Part shown: one piece after another, positions 9,534-19,364 of the stretch | How positions within the stretch are numbered: position 1 is the stretch's first letter | Layout: each line of letters starts with the position of its first letter | Virus record (IMG/VR): IMGVR_UViG_2830161386_000001 | Coordinates: 1 to 64,000 of that record | From: a virus | Taxonomy: Duplodnaviria > Caudoviricetes | Direction: 5' to 3' (one strand) | Length of the DNA: 64,000 nucleotides | Position numbers and translations under genes: made by a program | Notes under the pieces: model-generated | Database searches by the model: none | Told to the model about the DNA's origin: nothing | What the model saw: only the letters and a program-made list of their open reading frames with translations

Positions 9534-10289
9534 TTAGAAGGGAAGGTCGTCATCCTCTTCCGGCTGAAACGCCTCGTCGTCCGACGCGCCGCTTCCGGCG
9601 TACTGCTCCTGGCCGTTGTCGTCGAACTTCTCCTTCGCCCGCTTGGAGGCCTTGTCCTCCCCGGCGTGAAGCGGCTCGCGCTCCGGGGTAATCTCCCCCT
9701 TGACCGGGTGGTCGAACGTCGTCTGGTCGGACTGGTCGACCGTAACGCCGTACCACGGGTAGAAGGACGGCCACTCTTCGCTGGTGTCCTCTACTTCCGC
9801 GATGAAGTCCCGCCCCAGAAGCGCGGAGCAGTTCACGTGCATCTCGTCGACGAGGGGTCCGAGCTCGTACTGGCTCTCCGCCCCCTGGCCGTCGACGCGG
9901 TACTGCTCCAGAAGCTCCTCGTCCGGCCGGTCGTCCCGCGGGGAGCCGGCAATCGCGTTGAGGAGTTTCATGTGGCCCTCCAAGAGGCTGGAGTTGCCGT
10001 CTCGGGCGAGAAAAATGGAGATGCGGGAGATGTTGCCCACCTGGTCCTTGCGCCGCTCGAAGTCCTCTTCGAGCTCCTGGTAGTCCCCGCGGGTGTCGCG
10101 GATGGGCTTGACGACCTTTATCCGCATCGAAATGCGACGTGGGCGGTTCGGGTCGTCCTTGTCCTCGGGGTTGACCTTGTAGGTGTCAAACGCGGAGATC
10201 ACCTTCAGCCAGTACAGGCCGTCCTCGGTGATCTCCCCGGCGCCGCCGCCGCTCAGCTCGTCTTCGTCGAAGGTCCCAAAAATAGACAT
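9534..10289 (-). CDS. putative single-stranded DNA-binding protein
   Basis: Acidic tail ending EEDDDLPF; located in the replication/recombination cluster. Confidence 0.6.
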   Translation of the reverse strand: MSIFGTFDEDELSGGGAGEITEDGLYWLKVISAFDTYKVNPEDKDDPNRPRRISMRIKVVKPIRDTRGDYQELEEDFERRKDQVGNISRISIFLARDGNSSLLEGHMKLLNAIAGSPRDDRPDEELLEQYRVDGQGAESQYELGPLVDEMHVNCSALLGRDFIAEVEDTSEEWPSFYPWYGVTVDQSDQTTFDHPVKGEITPEREPLHAGEDKASKRAKEKFDDNGQEQYAGSGASDDEAFQPEEDDDLPF

Positions 10290-10324
10290 ACGTTGTTTTC
10301 AGTTGTGAAAGGAAAAAGAGGCCC

Positions 10325-10340
10325 AGTCCCAGCTGGGACT
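10325..10340. repeat. 16-bp palindrome, copy 2
   Basis: AGTCCCAGCTGGGACT; extends to 18 bp with flanking C/G. Confidence 0.95.
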
Positions 10341-10404
10341 GAGAGGTTGTGAAGGGTTTTCAGGCTTTCTTTTTGTATGGGCGAGACAAGCCCGCCTGCC
10401 GCTA

Positions 10405-12036
10405 CTAACTCTCCTCCTGGCTGCCCTGCGGGCCGCCTTGGCGCTCGGAAGAGGGCGGGTTTTCACCGCGCCGCTCGCGGCTGTTCTGGTCGACGTGCTC
10501 GCTGATCTGTTCTTCGGAGTATTCGGAGAGGACCTCGTCGAGCAGGCTGGACCACTTGTCGATATTGTCCTTTGTGATCCGGTCTTTGTTGTCGGTAAAC
10601 GCCTCGTACCGCTTTGGCGGGAGGCGGCGGGCGCGGGTAAAGAGCTCGCGCCGCTTCCACTCGTAGGCGCCCTCGCTTTCGGCGCCGGTCTCCTCTCCCT
10701 CACTGTGCCCCTCGTCGGCTACGGAGACCGCGTCGGGCTGCTCTTGAATGTCGGTCTCGACGCCCTCCTCCTTGAGGCGCTCCTGGTGCTCCTCCGGGTT
10801 AAACTCCGAGGCCCAGCGGCGCCGCTCCTCTTCATCGGGCAGGCCCTCGTTGGGAATATCCGTGGGGTCTCGCTTCGGGCCGCCGTCCCCGCTTGGCCCG
10901 GTGTCGACGCCCGGCACCATGCTGTTCATCGACCGGTAGTCGTCAAGGGTCTCAAGCATGTCTTCGATCACCGGGCGGTACTTGTCCAGCAGGTGCTCGC
11001 TGGTGGACAGGGTCGTCCGCTCGACCTTCGTCGGGATCCGGCCGTCCTCGTAGCGGCCCCCGCTTCGCTCGGTTTTCTCCCGGAGAATCTCCAGCTTCAT
11101 CGGCACAAACGAGATCCGGCCGAACTTCTGCTTGATGCCGGTATCGGGGTTCAGAAGGCTCTCGTGGTACTTCTCGATCACCTTCGAGCTGGTGGTCTCC
11201 AGCTTGAAGTACCGGCCGAGGCTAAAGTCTCCGTCCTCGTTCAAGATGTTGAAGTAGAAGCTGCCGGTGAAGTCGCAGTCCTGCTTCCCGTCCTGGTCGT
11301 ACTCCCGGTACGGGCAGAGCTGCTGCTCCTCCGGCTTCCGGGCCTCGTGGATCGCCTTGATCTCCTCGGGGGTGCACTCGAAGATCGTATCTTTGTCCAC
11401 CCCGGCCCGGTCGGCCAGCTCCGAGAACGGCACCGTGTTGTCCCCCCAGTGAAACGGGGCGCAGTTGATGTCGACGTCCCCGCCGGTGTAGGCGTGGTTT
11501 TCGTAGTGGTCCGTCAGGTCGTCGCCGTTTATGCGCTGGCGGGTCGCCTCCTCCCCGTCTGCGGAGGAGCAAAACACCTGGCTCCGCGACCGGTCGTAGT
11601 TCAGAAGCCGGGTCTGGATCACCTGGTCGATGTTCTCCGACGTCAGCATGATCGGAATTTCAGTCAGGCCCGGGCCCGGGTCCAGCCCGTACTTGTCGTA
11701 GAGCTTCGGGTCCTCAACGTAGCCTTCGCTAATGTTGGAGTTGCGGAGGACGCGGAAGTAGTTGAGGGTCCGCGGAAAGCGGCCCCGGTGGACGTGCACC
11801 TCCCGGATGCCGGCCTCCTGCATCTTTTCGATGTGGTGCTCTTGCAGGGTTTTGCCGGACGGGATCTTCGTGTTGCCGAAGGTCACGTCGGAGACGAGCT
11901 TTTTCCCCTCCGCGTGCTCGACGAGCATCGGCTCGTCGGCTGGAATCCCGATGGAGACTTTGCCGATGATGGGGCTTTCGGTTTTCCCCCCGCGTGGGGA
12001 CTCGTCGTGGTCCATTCTGCTTCCGATAATTGACAT
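10405..12036 (-). CDS. Gp3-like (recombination directionality factor-like) phage protein
   Basis: IGKVSIG...FPRTLNYFRV, Cys motifs and G.YFKLETTS; lies between the exonuclease and SSB genes. Confidence 0.55.
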   Translation of the reverse strand: MSIIGSRMDHDESPRGGKTESPIIGKVSIGIPADEPMLVEHAEGKKLVSDVTFGNTKIPSGKTLQEHHIEKMQEAGIREVHVHRGRFPRTLNYFRVLRNSNISEGYVEDPKLYDKYGLDPGPGLTEIPIMLTSENIDQVIQTRLLNYDRSRSQVFCSSADGEEATRQRINGDDLTDHYENHAYTGGDVDINCAPFHWGDNTVPFSELADRAGVDKDTIFECTPEEIKAIHEARKPEEQQLCPYREYDQDGKQDCDFTGSFYFNILNEDGDFSLGRYFKLETTSSKVIEKYHESLLNPDTGIKQKFGRISFVPMKLEILREKTERSGGRYEDGRIPTKVERTTLSTSEHLLDKYRPVIEDMLETLDDYRSMNSMVPGVDTGPSGDGGPKRDPTDIPNEGLPDEEERRRWASEFNPEEHQERLKEEGVETDIQEQPDAVSVADEGHSEGEETGAESEGAYEWKRRELFTRARRLPPKRYEAFTDNKDRITKDNIDKWSSLLDEVLSEYSEEQISEHVDQNSRERRGENPPSSERQGGPQGSQEES

Positions 12037-12105
12037 GGTAGCGTTTCGCTTTTGAAAAAGTGAGTGGGGCGTGTAAAAGCGCCGAAAAGAGGGTTCAAAG
12101 GAGCC

Positions 12106-13101
12106 TCAAGACGTGTCCGGCTTGTGCGCGTAGGTGTGGTCGATCTCTTGGTTTTCGTGGCACACCCGGAAATAGTCGCAGAGCCGGCACGGCATGCGGC
12201 CGGGGTCGTACTTGACAAAGCTGTCGGCCGAGTCGTACGGGTCGTCGTAAAACTCCTCCATTGCCCGGTAGGCCCGCCGGATGTACTTCTCCAGGGGGCC
12301 GGGGTCCGGGCGCCACGGCACGAGCACGGCCCGGCGGTAGGGCGTCCGGGCGCGGCTGTAGTACCCGTCTATCGCCTCTTTTTGCTCGGCCAAGGAGTCG
12401 TAGTTTTCAGCCTTTCGGTACTTGGACGGGGCCTTCCGGTAGGACGTGTGGACGATCCCCTCGACCGGGGTGCCCGCTTTTTTCAGGGCCCACCAGTACA
12501 AGTGGGTCTGGAGATCCTCCTGCGTCTGCTTCTCGTAGTCGGTGCCGGGAAAGGTCGACGTCGAGCGGGTTTTCTCCTCGCCGATAAGCCGGAGGTAGTC
12601 CCGGTTCTCCTCCGCGAGCTGGTCGATGGCCCAGTCCGGAAGGCCGCCGTCCGGGCTGAACTCTTCCTTGAAGTCCTCGACGCTGATCCGGTAGAGCCGG
12701 TCGGCCATCCCGCGCATCGGAACGTCCGCGAGCGTCTCCTGGAAGGCCACCTCCGTGTCTACGATTTCGAACGGTTCGTCCGGGCGCACCTGCTCTTGAA
12801 ATACGCCGATAAGGTTTTTTGCCACCCGGCGCTTGACCCGGAACTCCCGGAACCGGAAATCAAGAAGGTCGTCCTTGATGCGGTTTTTCTCCGCTCCGGC
12901 CACGGCTTTAAACGCCTGCTCCGGGTCGTGGCCCCGGTAGATGCGCTCGATTGTGTCGTGCACGAGATTCCCGATGATAAAAAACTTGTTGTCCTCCCAC
13001 GTCCGGGAGCGGGTCTGCATGAAGTAGCGGTAGAAGTGCTGAAGACGGCACCGATTCCAAAACGTCTTCAGCTCCGAGTACGAATGTGCATTTCGTTTCA
13101 T
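12106..13101 (-). CDS. PD-(D/E)xK exonuclease (RecB/AddB/Cas4-like)
   Basis: SYSELKTF..RC, GNLVH, GMADR, EEKT, QTHLY and C-terminal CRLCDYFRVC. Confidence 0.8.
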   Translation of the reverse strand: MKRNAHSYSELKTFWNRCRLQHFYRYFMQTRSRTWEDNKFFIIGNLVHDTIERIYRGHDPEQAFKAVAGAEKNRIKDDLLDFRFREFRVKRRVAKNLIGVFQEQVRPDEPFEIVDTEVAFQETLADVPMRGMADRLYRISVEDFKEEFSPDGGLPDWAIDQLAEENRDYLRLIGEEKTRSTSTFPGTDYEKQTQEDLQTHLYWWALKKAGTPVEGIVHTSYRKAPSKYRKAENYDSLAEQKEAIDGYYSRARTPYRRAVLVPWRPDPGPLEKYIRRAYRAMEEFYDDPYDSADSFVKYDPGRMPCRLCDYFRVCHENQEIDHTYAHKPDTS

Positions 13102-13142
13102 GGGGGCATAGGGTTTAAGGCAGGGCCTGTGAGCATGTCTGT

Positions 13143-13349
13143 TTATTGAACCGGCCGCTTGCGCGCAAGAGCGCGGACGATCTTTTTCCGGCGGCGCACA
13201 AACCGTTTGAGGTGGCGGCGCTCGTCCTCCTCGGACAGAACCTCTTTTGAGCTACTGGTTTCTTCAGGAGGCTCTTTTTCTGAATGTTCGTTTTCCGCGG
13301 AGGGAGGCGCGCTATCGCCGCCGGATTGTCGGGCCGTTTCTGGGTCCAT
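13143..13349 (-). CDS. small hypothetical protein (68 aa)
   Basis: Fills the gap in a minus-strand operon; acidic N-terminus and basic C-terminus. Confidence 0.45.
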   Translation of the reverse strand: MDPETARQSGGDSAPPSAENEHSEKEPPEETSSSKEVLSEEDERRHLKRFVRRRKKIVRALARKRPVQ

Positions 13350-14004
13350 ACGAAGATCGGTTGGGATTGGAAGAAGACTGTGACGAGTGGTTTTGGAGAC
13401 TGATCAGGACAGACCGGTAGCTTTGCCGGACCGCTTCCGCTCGCTTTTTCGCGTCGCTGAGGCGGGAGCACGACACGCCGTGGGCGCCGAAGACGGCCTC
13501 GCACACGGCGTTTCGGTCGTAGGGCCCGGCGGCCCGGACCGTCTCGCGAACCGCGCTCTTGTCGCCGAACATCGACCCGCGAGCCGACACGTCGAGGGTG
13601 GCCTGAAGAAGGCCGCCGACGTTCCGCGTCATGCTCGCGTCGACCGCGCTTGTTTTCTGGACGGCCTTGCGGAGAAAAGGGGCGTCGGTGCCTGCGTCAA
13701 AGCAAAACAGGCGCGACTCCCCGAGCCCGGGGCCGGCCTTGTCCGCAAGAGAGGCAAAATGGGGCCACACTGTCTCCGGGCCGCCCCAGTATTCAGAGCG
13801 GTTCTTAAGCTCCTCGACCGACCGAATGTCCTGGCGGGCCAGGTACGAGAGATCGGACTTTTCGGGATAGCGTGGCGTGATGTAGCAGGAAAACTCCTGC
13901 CACACCGACGAGAGATCGTCCGGGCAAAAAAGAGCCCCGACCTGAAACACCTCGTGGGTGAAGAGGTCGGGGCCCGTTGGGTCTTGGCTCAAAACGATTG
14001 TCAT
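13312..14004 (-). CDS. degenerate DEDDh/DnaQ-like exonuclease-fold protein
   Basis: TGPD..THEVFQVGA and DAPFLRK resemble ExoI/ExoII motifs, but the acidic residues are not canonical. Confidence 0.4.
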   Translation of the reverse strand: MTIVLSQDPTGPDLFTHEVFQVGALFCPDDLSSVWQEFSCYITPRYPEKSDLSYLARQDIRSVEELKNRSEYWGGPETVWPHFASLADKAGPGLGESRLFCFDAGTDAPFLRKAVQKTSAVDASMTRNVGGLLQATLDVSARGSMFGDKSAVRETVRAAGPYDRNAVCEAVFGAHGVSCSRLSDAKKRAEAVRQSYRSVLISLQNHSSQSSSNPNRSSYGPRNGPTIRRR

Positions 14005-14076
14005 AGAAAAAAGAGAGTTTGGGGCCTCCGTGCATCTATGTGGTGGGCACTTCCCGTCCGTTTTTGCACGCAGGGC

Positions 14077-14472
14077 TTAGTCCTCCTCCAGAAGTCCGAT
14101 GGTTTTCCGGGCCTTTCCCAAGACGTACTCCACAAGACCGTCCAAAAAGTCGCCGGGGTCTTCCTGGCGAAACGCCTCGTACAGCTGGCCCTCTTCGGCC
14201 GCGTCTTCGAGGTCGTCAAGAAGGATGCCGGTTGCCATTTTCTGTACCGAATGGTTCTCCGACCGGCGGCGCACTTCCCGAATCGCGTTTGCGAGAAACA
14301 CGATGCCATGTGTAGCGGGGGCTTTTTGCGCCGGGCCCCAACTCACCTCATGATCGGCAAACCGGTTGCGAACCTTCTCCGGCGGGCCGGTCGTGCCCGG
14401 CGGGTCGACGCGCTCGCGGAGCTCATCGGCATATTCGTCGTTGACGCCAAGGTCTTCGCTTGAGTTGCTCAT
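14077..14472 (-). CDS. hypothetical protein
   Basis: Acidic ORF in the operon; ATG at 14472. Confidence 0.6.
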   Translation of the reverse strand: MSNSSEDLGVNDEYADELRERVDPPGTTGPPEKVRNRFADHEVSWGPAQKAPATHGIVFLANAIREVRRRSENHSVQKMATGILLDDLEDAAEEGQLYEAFRQEDPGDFLDGLVEYVLGKARKTIGLLEED

Positions 14473-14547
14473 AGAAACAGCGGAGTTTAGAAACAAAGAA
14501 GCTGAAGCGAGGAGATTTTCTGGTTTTCAAGCGCGCCCGTTATAGCG

Positions 14548-16443
14548 CTATGACGGGACCGCCGGCTCGACGTGGACGACTTCGTCGGCGTAGCCCCCGT
14601 CGATAAACCCGGGATATACGTCTCGGCGGTGATCGCTTTTCTCCTCGGTCATGATGACAAGAATCCACTCAAGACTCCCCCGGCGGGCAAGCGGGCCGAT
14701 CAAGTCGGGGTCGATTTCGTCCATGTCATCTGTAAGAACGCAAATCCGGGAGTGGCCATTGTCGCGTGCATCCCGGATTACGGCGTCGAAATTGGTCCCG
14801 CGTCCCGTGACCGAAGACTGGACCTCCCCGTTGTTGACCAGCTTGTGGAACCGGGCAACGGGCACCGGCTGGACCTTCGTGGTAAAGAGGTTGACCTCCC
14901 GGTCTGCAATGTGGCGCTTGTTTTCCAGCACGATCTGGTTGCAGGCAGGGATGTACTGAGTTTGGCTCCCGGACACGTCGTAGTAAAAAGCCACGCGCTT
15001 GCTGTCGGCCGCGTTGCGGTGCTTGTAGCTCGCGACAAAGCCGCCGAGCTTGCGCTGGATCCGGGCGTCGTGGTCGTCCCGGAAGTTCGGCACCGGAGAG
15101 CGGCGGATCGCCCGGCCGACCTCGTCGTCAATCTTTTCGGCCACTTTTGAGTGGAAGCTCGTGTGGCTTCCGGCGTCCTGCATCTTCTGGCCGACTTCCG
15201 GGTTTCGCTCCTGAGAAACCTCAGGGGTCTCGGCCCACTCCCCGACCGACTGGCCGTCCATGCCGGAACTGGACTCGCTTTCGACGGCTTCTTTTATCGC
15301 TTCAATCATCTCCTGGGCCTCTTCTTCGGCCCCCTCTTCCACCCCGCTTTCCGAGTGGATCATCGCGGTTTGGATGTCGGACTGAGTCGGGCTGCTGTCT
15401 CCGGAGCCCTCTCCGGACTCTTCCTCAGAGCCTTCTCCAGACCCTTCCCCGGAGCCCTCTTCGGACCCTCCTTCGCCGGAGGCGGAATCCCCGTCGCCGT
15501 TTTCGCTAGAGCCACTCTCGCCAGAACCGCTTTCGCCCTCGCCGTCTTCGCTACCGTCGCCAGAGCTGTTGTCGCCTTCGCCGCTTTCTCCGGCGTCCTC
15601 GCCTGAACCGTCCTCATTTTCGCCGTCGGGGCCGCCTTCTTCAGGCTCATCTTCGCCGGACTCTCCTTCGCCGGACTCCCCTTCCTCGGATTCGCTTTCT
15701 TCAGTTTCGCCTTCTCCAGAATCTTCCTTCTCAGAGCCGTTTTCCCCGGAGGTGCTTTCGCCGTCCTCGTCGCTTTCGCCGGGCCCGCTTGGGGGGTCTA
15801 GCGGGTTCCGGTCTTCCGACCGGCTTTGCAGGAGAAGGCGGGCCTCAACGGGAGAGAAGCGCCCGTCGGAAAATACGCTTTTGTGGAGGCCTCGGTACAG
15901 GGGGTCTTCAATGCCCTCGGCGTGGCGGTAAAAGATGCGGTAGGACTCCTGATCGACCCCACCGTAGCTCTTTTTGTTCATCCGGTGCCACCGGTCGTCC
16001 TCAAAGAGAAGATGCTCCATGTGCTTGATCTCCAGCTCTTGGGCGTATTGGAGCAGCTTCCACTCCTCACGCTCTTCTTCAGAGAGGGCTTGAACCTCAT
16101 CCTGGCGGGCCTCAATCATCGACTCGTAGTCCCCCATCAAGCTGTCGTCTCGGAACTGCGAGCGGATGTGCTCTAGGTTTTGGTGGCCCTCCAAGATGTG
16201 CAGCATCTCGTGAAAGACCAGGAAGGCAAGGTCCTTGTGGTCGTCGGCCATCTCGTTAATCAGAGGCCGGGAAAACTCAAAGCGCGGGCCGTCTTCGGTA
16301 ATGCGGACCGACGCGGCGGCCGAGTGGCTCTCGTTTAGTTTTTTGGTGCCGTTCATCATCATAGCCCGGATCTGGCGGGTACTCGTTGGCAGCTCCGCCA
16401 CGATCCGGCCCAGGTCGATGTCCTCTACAGATTCTATGTTCAT
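14548..16443 (-). CDS. HExxH metallopeptidase-like + VWA domain protein (DUF2201-like)
   Basis: FHEMLH; long G/E/S acidic linker; MIDAS motif YDVSGS, GRGTNF and VLTD. Confidence 0.8.
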   Translation of the reverse strand: MNIESVEDIDLGRIVAELPTSTRQIRAMMMNGTKKLNESHSAAASVRITEDGPRFEFSRPLINEMADDHKDLAFLVFHEMLHILEGHQNLEHIRSQFRDDSLMGDYESMIEARQDEVQALSEEEREEWKLLQYAQELEIKHMEHLLFEDDRWHRMNKKSYGGVDQESYRIFYRHAEGIEDPLYRGLHKSVFSDGRFSPVEARLLLQSRSEDRNPLDPPSGPGESDEDGESTSGENGSEKEDSGEGETEESESEEGESGEGESGEDEPEEGGPDGENEDGSGEDAGESGEGDNSSGDGSEDGEGESGSGESGSSENGDGDSASGEGGSEEGSGEGSGEGSEEESGEGSGDSSPTQSDIQTAMIHSESGVEEGAEEEAQEMIEAIKEAVESESSSGMDGQSVGEWAETPEVSQERNPEVGQKMQDAGSHTSFHSKVAEKIDDEVGRAIRRSPVPNFRDDHDARIQRKLGGFVASYKHRNAADSKRVAFYYDVSGSQTQYIPACNQIVLENKRHIADREVNLFTTKVQPVPVARFHKLVNNGEVQSSVTGRGTNFDAVIRDARDNGHSRICVLTDDMDEIDPDLIGPLARRGSLEWILVIMTEEKSDHRRDVYPGFIDGGYADEVVHVEPAVPS

Positions 16444-16485
16444 AGCAGAAGTGTCTTTTTAGGGGGCTGATGCAACTTCCGGAAG

Positions 16486-17493
16486 TCACTCGAAGAGGTT
16501 CTCCAGCTCCACGAGGCGAACCTTTTCCGTCTCCATCGGGGCGCTGGGGCGCTTCTCCGCCCGGACGTGCCCGTTGACCGACGCGCCGCCAAGGGCCTGC
16601 ACGCCTGTTTCTGAGCAGCCTATTTCGAGCGTGTCGTTTAAGGACGTCGGCGCCTCCAGCCTGTAGGCCTCCTCGTCCGATTCGGTAAGCGCCAGCATCG
16701 GAGACGTGTCCCTTAGCTTGGGCGCGACGGACTGCGCCCCAATTTCGAGCACGTCTAGGTCGGAGCTTTCCTCCTCGTCGGCAACGTACGTGTAGCAGGA
16801 CCCGATCGGCGCCCCCTCGACGCGAATCGGAAATTCGTCGTTCATAACGACCCGGCGGGCCCCCTGCACGGTTTGGCCGAGGTCGTGGGTAACCGGGTCC
16901 TGCACCGACAGAAACTCGTCGGTGTCGTCGTCAAACAGGGCGAGCTGGCGGTCGCCGTTGTTCTTTGCGCCGCCTCCCTGGGTGGACCAGTCGACGATGG
17001 CGGCTCGGACGTTCCGGCCGTTAATCCCGGTCTTAAAGGTCGTGTACCCGCCCTCTACGTTTGAGACCTGGCACACAGAATTATTGAAGGTCATCTTGTT
17101 GGGGTTGTTGTTATGCCCGGGGTAGCCGTCGATGACCTTGATGTCGCTTAGGGACCCGTCGGAAAGGCCCATCGCCTCTTCGACGTCGCGCCGGGCCTGA
17201 GTCTCGCTCATCGACGCGTCTGAAGCGGTGTAGATCACCGATACGCCAAACGGGGCGCCCTCAAAGTCGGAAACGTCGTTGTCCTCGCTTGTCGGGTCGA
17301 CGACCTTCACCATTGAGGCCATTTCCTCGACCTGGTTGGTCCCGACCATCGAGACGCGCCAGTCCCGAGGCGTCTGGATGTAGGTCGAGAGGTCCGACGC
17401 GGTGGCCGGAGACAGGCGGGCCACCTTGATATCGTCGGTGGGGTCGTCAATTCGAAATACGTGAATCGAGCTTGTGTCTATGTCGGTGCTCAT
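16486..17493 (-). CDS. hypothetical protein
   Basis: 335-aa acidic ORF between the MoxR and VWA genes. Confidence 0.7.
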   Translation of the reverse strand: MSTDIDTSSIHVFRIDDPTDDIKVARLSPATASDLSTYIQTPRDWRVSMVGTNQVEEMASMVKVVDPTSEDNDVSDFEGAPFGVSVIYTASDASMSETQARRDVEEAMGLSDGSLSDIKVIDGYPGHNNNPNKMTFNNSVCQVSNVEGGYTTFKTGINGRNVRAAIVDWSTQGGGAKNNGDRQLALFDDDTDEFLSVQDPVTHDLGQTVQGARRVVMNDEFPIRVEGAPIGSCYTYVADEEESSDLDVLEIGAQSVAPKLRDTSPMLALTESDEEAYRLEAPTSLNDTLEIGCSETGVQALGGASVNGHVRAEKRPSAPMETEKVRLVELENLFE

Positions 17494-17554
17494 GTCGGAA
17501 AGTAGTTTTGCAGAGAAAAAGCAAGAGATACAGAAAGAGCCGGGGCCGGCCCGA

Positions 17555-17568
17555 GTCCCAGCTGGGAC
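17555..17568. repeat. palindrome, copy 3 (14-bp core GTCCCAGCTGGGAC)
   Basis: 15/16 match, set within a longer GC-rich inverted repeat. Confidence 0.9.
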
Positions 17569-17625
17569 CGGGCGGCCGGCTCAAATCTGGATTTCAGCTC
17601 AAGTGCAGATTTCAAAACGTCAGGC

Positions 17626-19245
17626 TCAGTTAAGCGCCCGAGAGTCTCGGCTGAGGTCCGTGAAAACGTCGATCATCTCTTCGACGTTGTTTTCTGCGGT
17701 TTCAACCGAGCTGTTCAGGCCGGTGTACTTCCGGGCCGCGACCGTCGCCCCGGACATGACGTTCGCGCTGTCGGAGTCGGTTTCCCGCCGGGCATGCTCC
17801 GCAATTGCAAGCGTGAGGCGCCCCTCGGCGGTTTGGCGAAGGCGGTCTACTGCCCCGATAAAGTCCCCGATTGCCCCGATGGCCTCGTGGTCCGGGTGCA
17901 CGGCCCGGTCGGTAAACTCCATCGTTTCCGCGACGGAGATCAGGTCCCGCACGTCCGACACCAGAAGGTCCAGCTTCGAGTCGGTGACCATGCTCGCAAG
18001 CTCGTCATCTCCGTGCTGGAGCTTGTTAAACAGGACCCAAGAGAAGCTCTTGCGCTTAATTTCGTCGTTGGAAAGCTCGCTGTGGGCCTCGTGGATGTAG
18101 GCGGACACGTCCTCCTGCGGAAGCCGAAGCTGAAACGCCTTCGCGACCCGCTCAACCGGGTCCTCAAGGCCTTCAACCAAAGAACGGACGCGGGCCTGCT
18201 CGCTTTTGAGAACGCCCTTGTGGAGGTCGTGCGCCCCCTCCAGAAGGCGGGTGGGCACCGGGTCGTCCGCGTGCAGGTCGTGCACGAGCGAGGAGGAAAG
18301 CGCCTCGGAGGCGCACTTCGCGAGCGTGTCGGTCTCCCCACGCACGGTCCGGACCGCGTGCAGGGCAAACATATTGTCCATAATAATGCCGGCCCGCCGG
18401 GAGCCAATGTCCGACGTCGTCCGGTTCGGGTCGATGTCCACGCTAATGTCGGCCTGGTGGATCTCGCCGTTGAGCCCCTTGTCGATCAGACTCACGGCGT
18501 TTACCACGTAGTCCGACACCTTCGGGAGGTTGTTCTGCTTCGTTTGCGTGTACGCCCGGCCTGCCTCCCGCACAAAGGAGACAAGGTCCTTCGCCGCCCC
18601 CAGGTCCGGCTCCGAGTCGTTTAGGTCCGTGGCCTGGGCCTTGACCGCCTTTTTGCGCTCGGCTTTCGGCATGTCCAGAAACGACGGGGCCTGGACCCGA
18701 ACGCGCCAGCGGTCGGCAAACGCCTCGTCCATGACCTCCGTGCCGGAGTAGCTGACCGGGTTGGCCGCCCCGATAATTTGCTCAACGGCCAGCTCTCGGC
18801 CCTCGACTACCCCCTCTTCAAGCATCCCGAGGTACCGGTTCTGCATGTTGGGGGGAATCCGGGTCACCTCGTCAATCACGACGCCCTTGCACCCGGCAAT
18901 TGTGTTGGGGGAAAGGGCAATTAGCATTTCGGGAGACTCGCCGTTTTCAATTGCCTTCCGCACCTGTTCGTCGTCGGGCGGGAACGGGTAGCCGACCAGG
19001 TCCTGCGGGTTGGCGGCGTGGCCGTCGAGCTGGGCAACCGGAAACGTGCCGCTGCCCTCGTCCCGGAGCACAAGATCGACTGCCTGCATAATCCGGGTCG
19101 CGAGCCACGTCTTTCCCTGGCCCTTTTCGCCGATAATGAGCATGTTCGCGTTCAGGACGAGCGCGGCCAGCACGAGGTCTTCGACCTCTTGCCAGCCGTA
19201 CACGTCGATGTTAGATAACAGATTTCTTGACGCAGAGCTTGACAT
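17626..19245 (-). CDS. MoxR-family AAA+ ATPase
   Basis: Walker A GEKGQGKT; Walker B VVIDEVTR; GAANP; MDEAFADR; VWA partner nearby. Confidence 0.85.
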   Translation of the reverse strand: MSSSASRNLLSNIDVYGWQEVEDLVLAALVLNANMLIIGEKGQGKTWLATRIMQAVDLVLRDEGSGTFPVAQLDGHAANPQDLVGYPFPPDDEQVRKAIENGESPEMLIALSPNTIAGCKGVVIDEVTRIPPNMQNRYLGMLEEGVVEGRELAVEQIIGAANPVSYSGTEVMDEAFADRWRVRVQAPSFLDMPKAERKKAVKAQATDLNDSEPDLGAAKDLVSFVREAGRAYTQTKQNNLPKVSDYVVNAVSLIDKGLNGEIHQADISVDIDPNRTTSDIGSRRAGIIMDNMFALHAVRTVRGETDTLAKCASEALSSSLVHDLHADDPVPTRLLEGAHDLHKGVLKSEQARVRSLVEGLEDPVERVAKAFQLRLPQEDVSAYIHEAHSELSNDEIKRKSFSWVLFNKLQHGDDELASMVTDSKLDLLVSDVRDLISVAETMEFTDRAVHPDHEAIGAIGDFIGAVDRLRQTAEGRLTLAIAEHARRETDSDSANVMSGATVAARKYTGLNSSVETAENNVEEMIDVFTDLSRDSRALN

Positions 19246-19284
19246 AGAAAAAAGAAATTCGTTCGATTTAGCGTATGAACCAAC

Positions 19285-19327
19285 AAAAAAAGCCCCAGAC
19301 GCCCGGTCAAGCCGGGCGCCTGAAGCT
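19285..19327 (-). terminator. intrinsic terminator
   Basis: A7 run plus the stem GACGCCCGG/CCGGGCGCC. Confidence 0.55.
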
Positions 19328-19364
19328 CAGTTGAAGTCTTCGTTGAGTGCCGACAGGAACGGCG

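Noticed and set aside
12106-13101. Cas4 as evidence of a CRISPR-Cas system
   Set aside because: There are no other cas genes and no array. The context (Gp3-like, SSB) indicates a phage recombination exonuclease.
15380-15790. Repetitive DNA in the VWA gene (similar tract at 61540-61760)
   Set aside because: It is explained by low-complexity acidic protein linkers rather than a separate DNA element.
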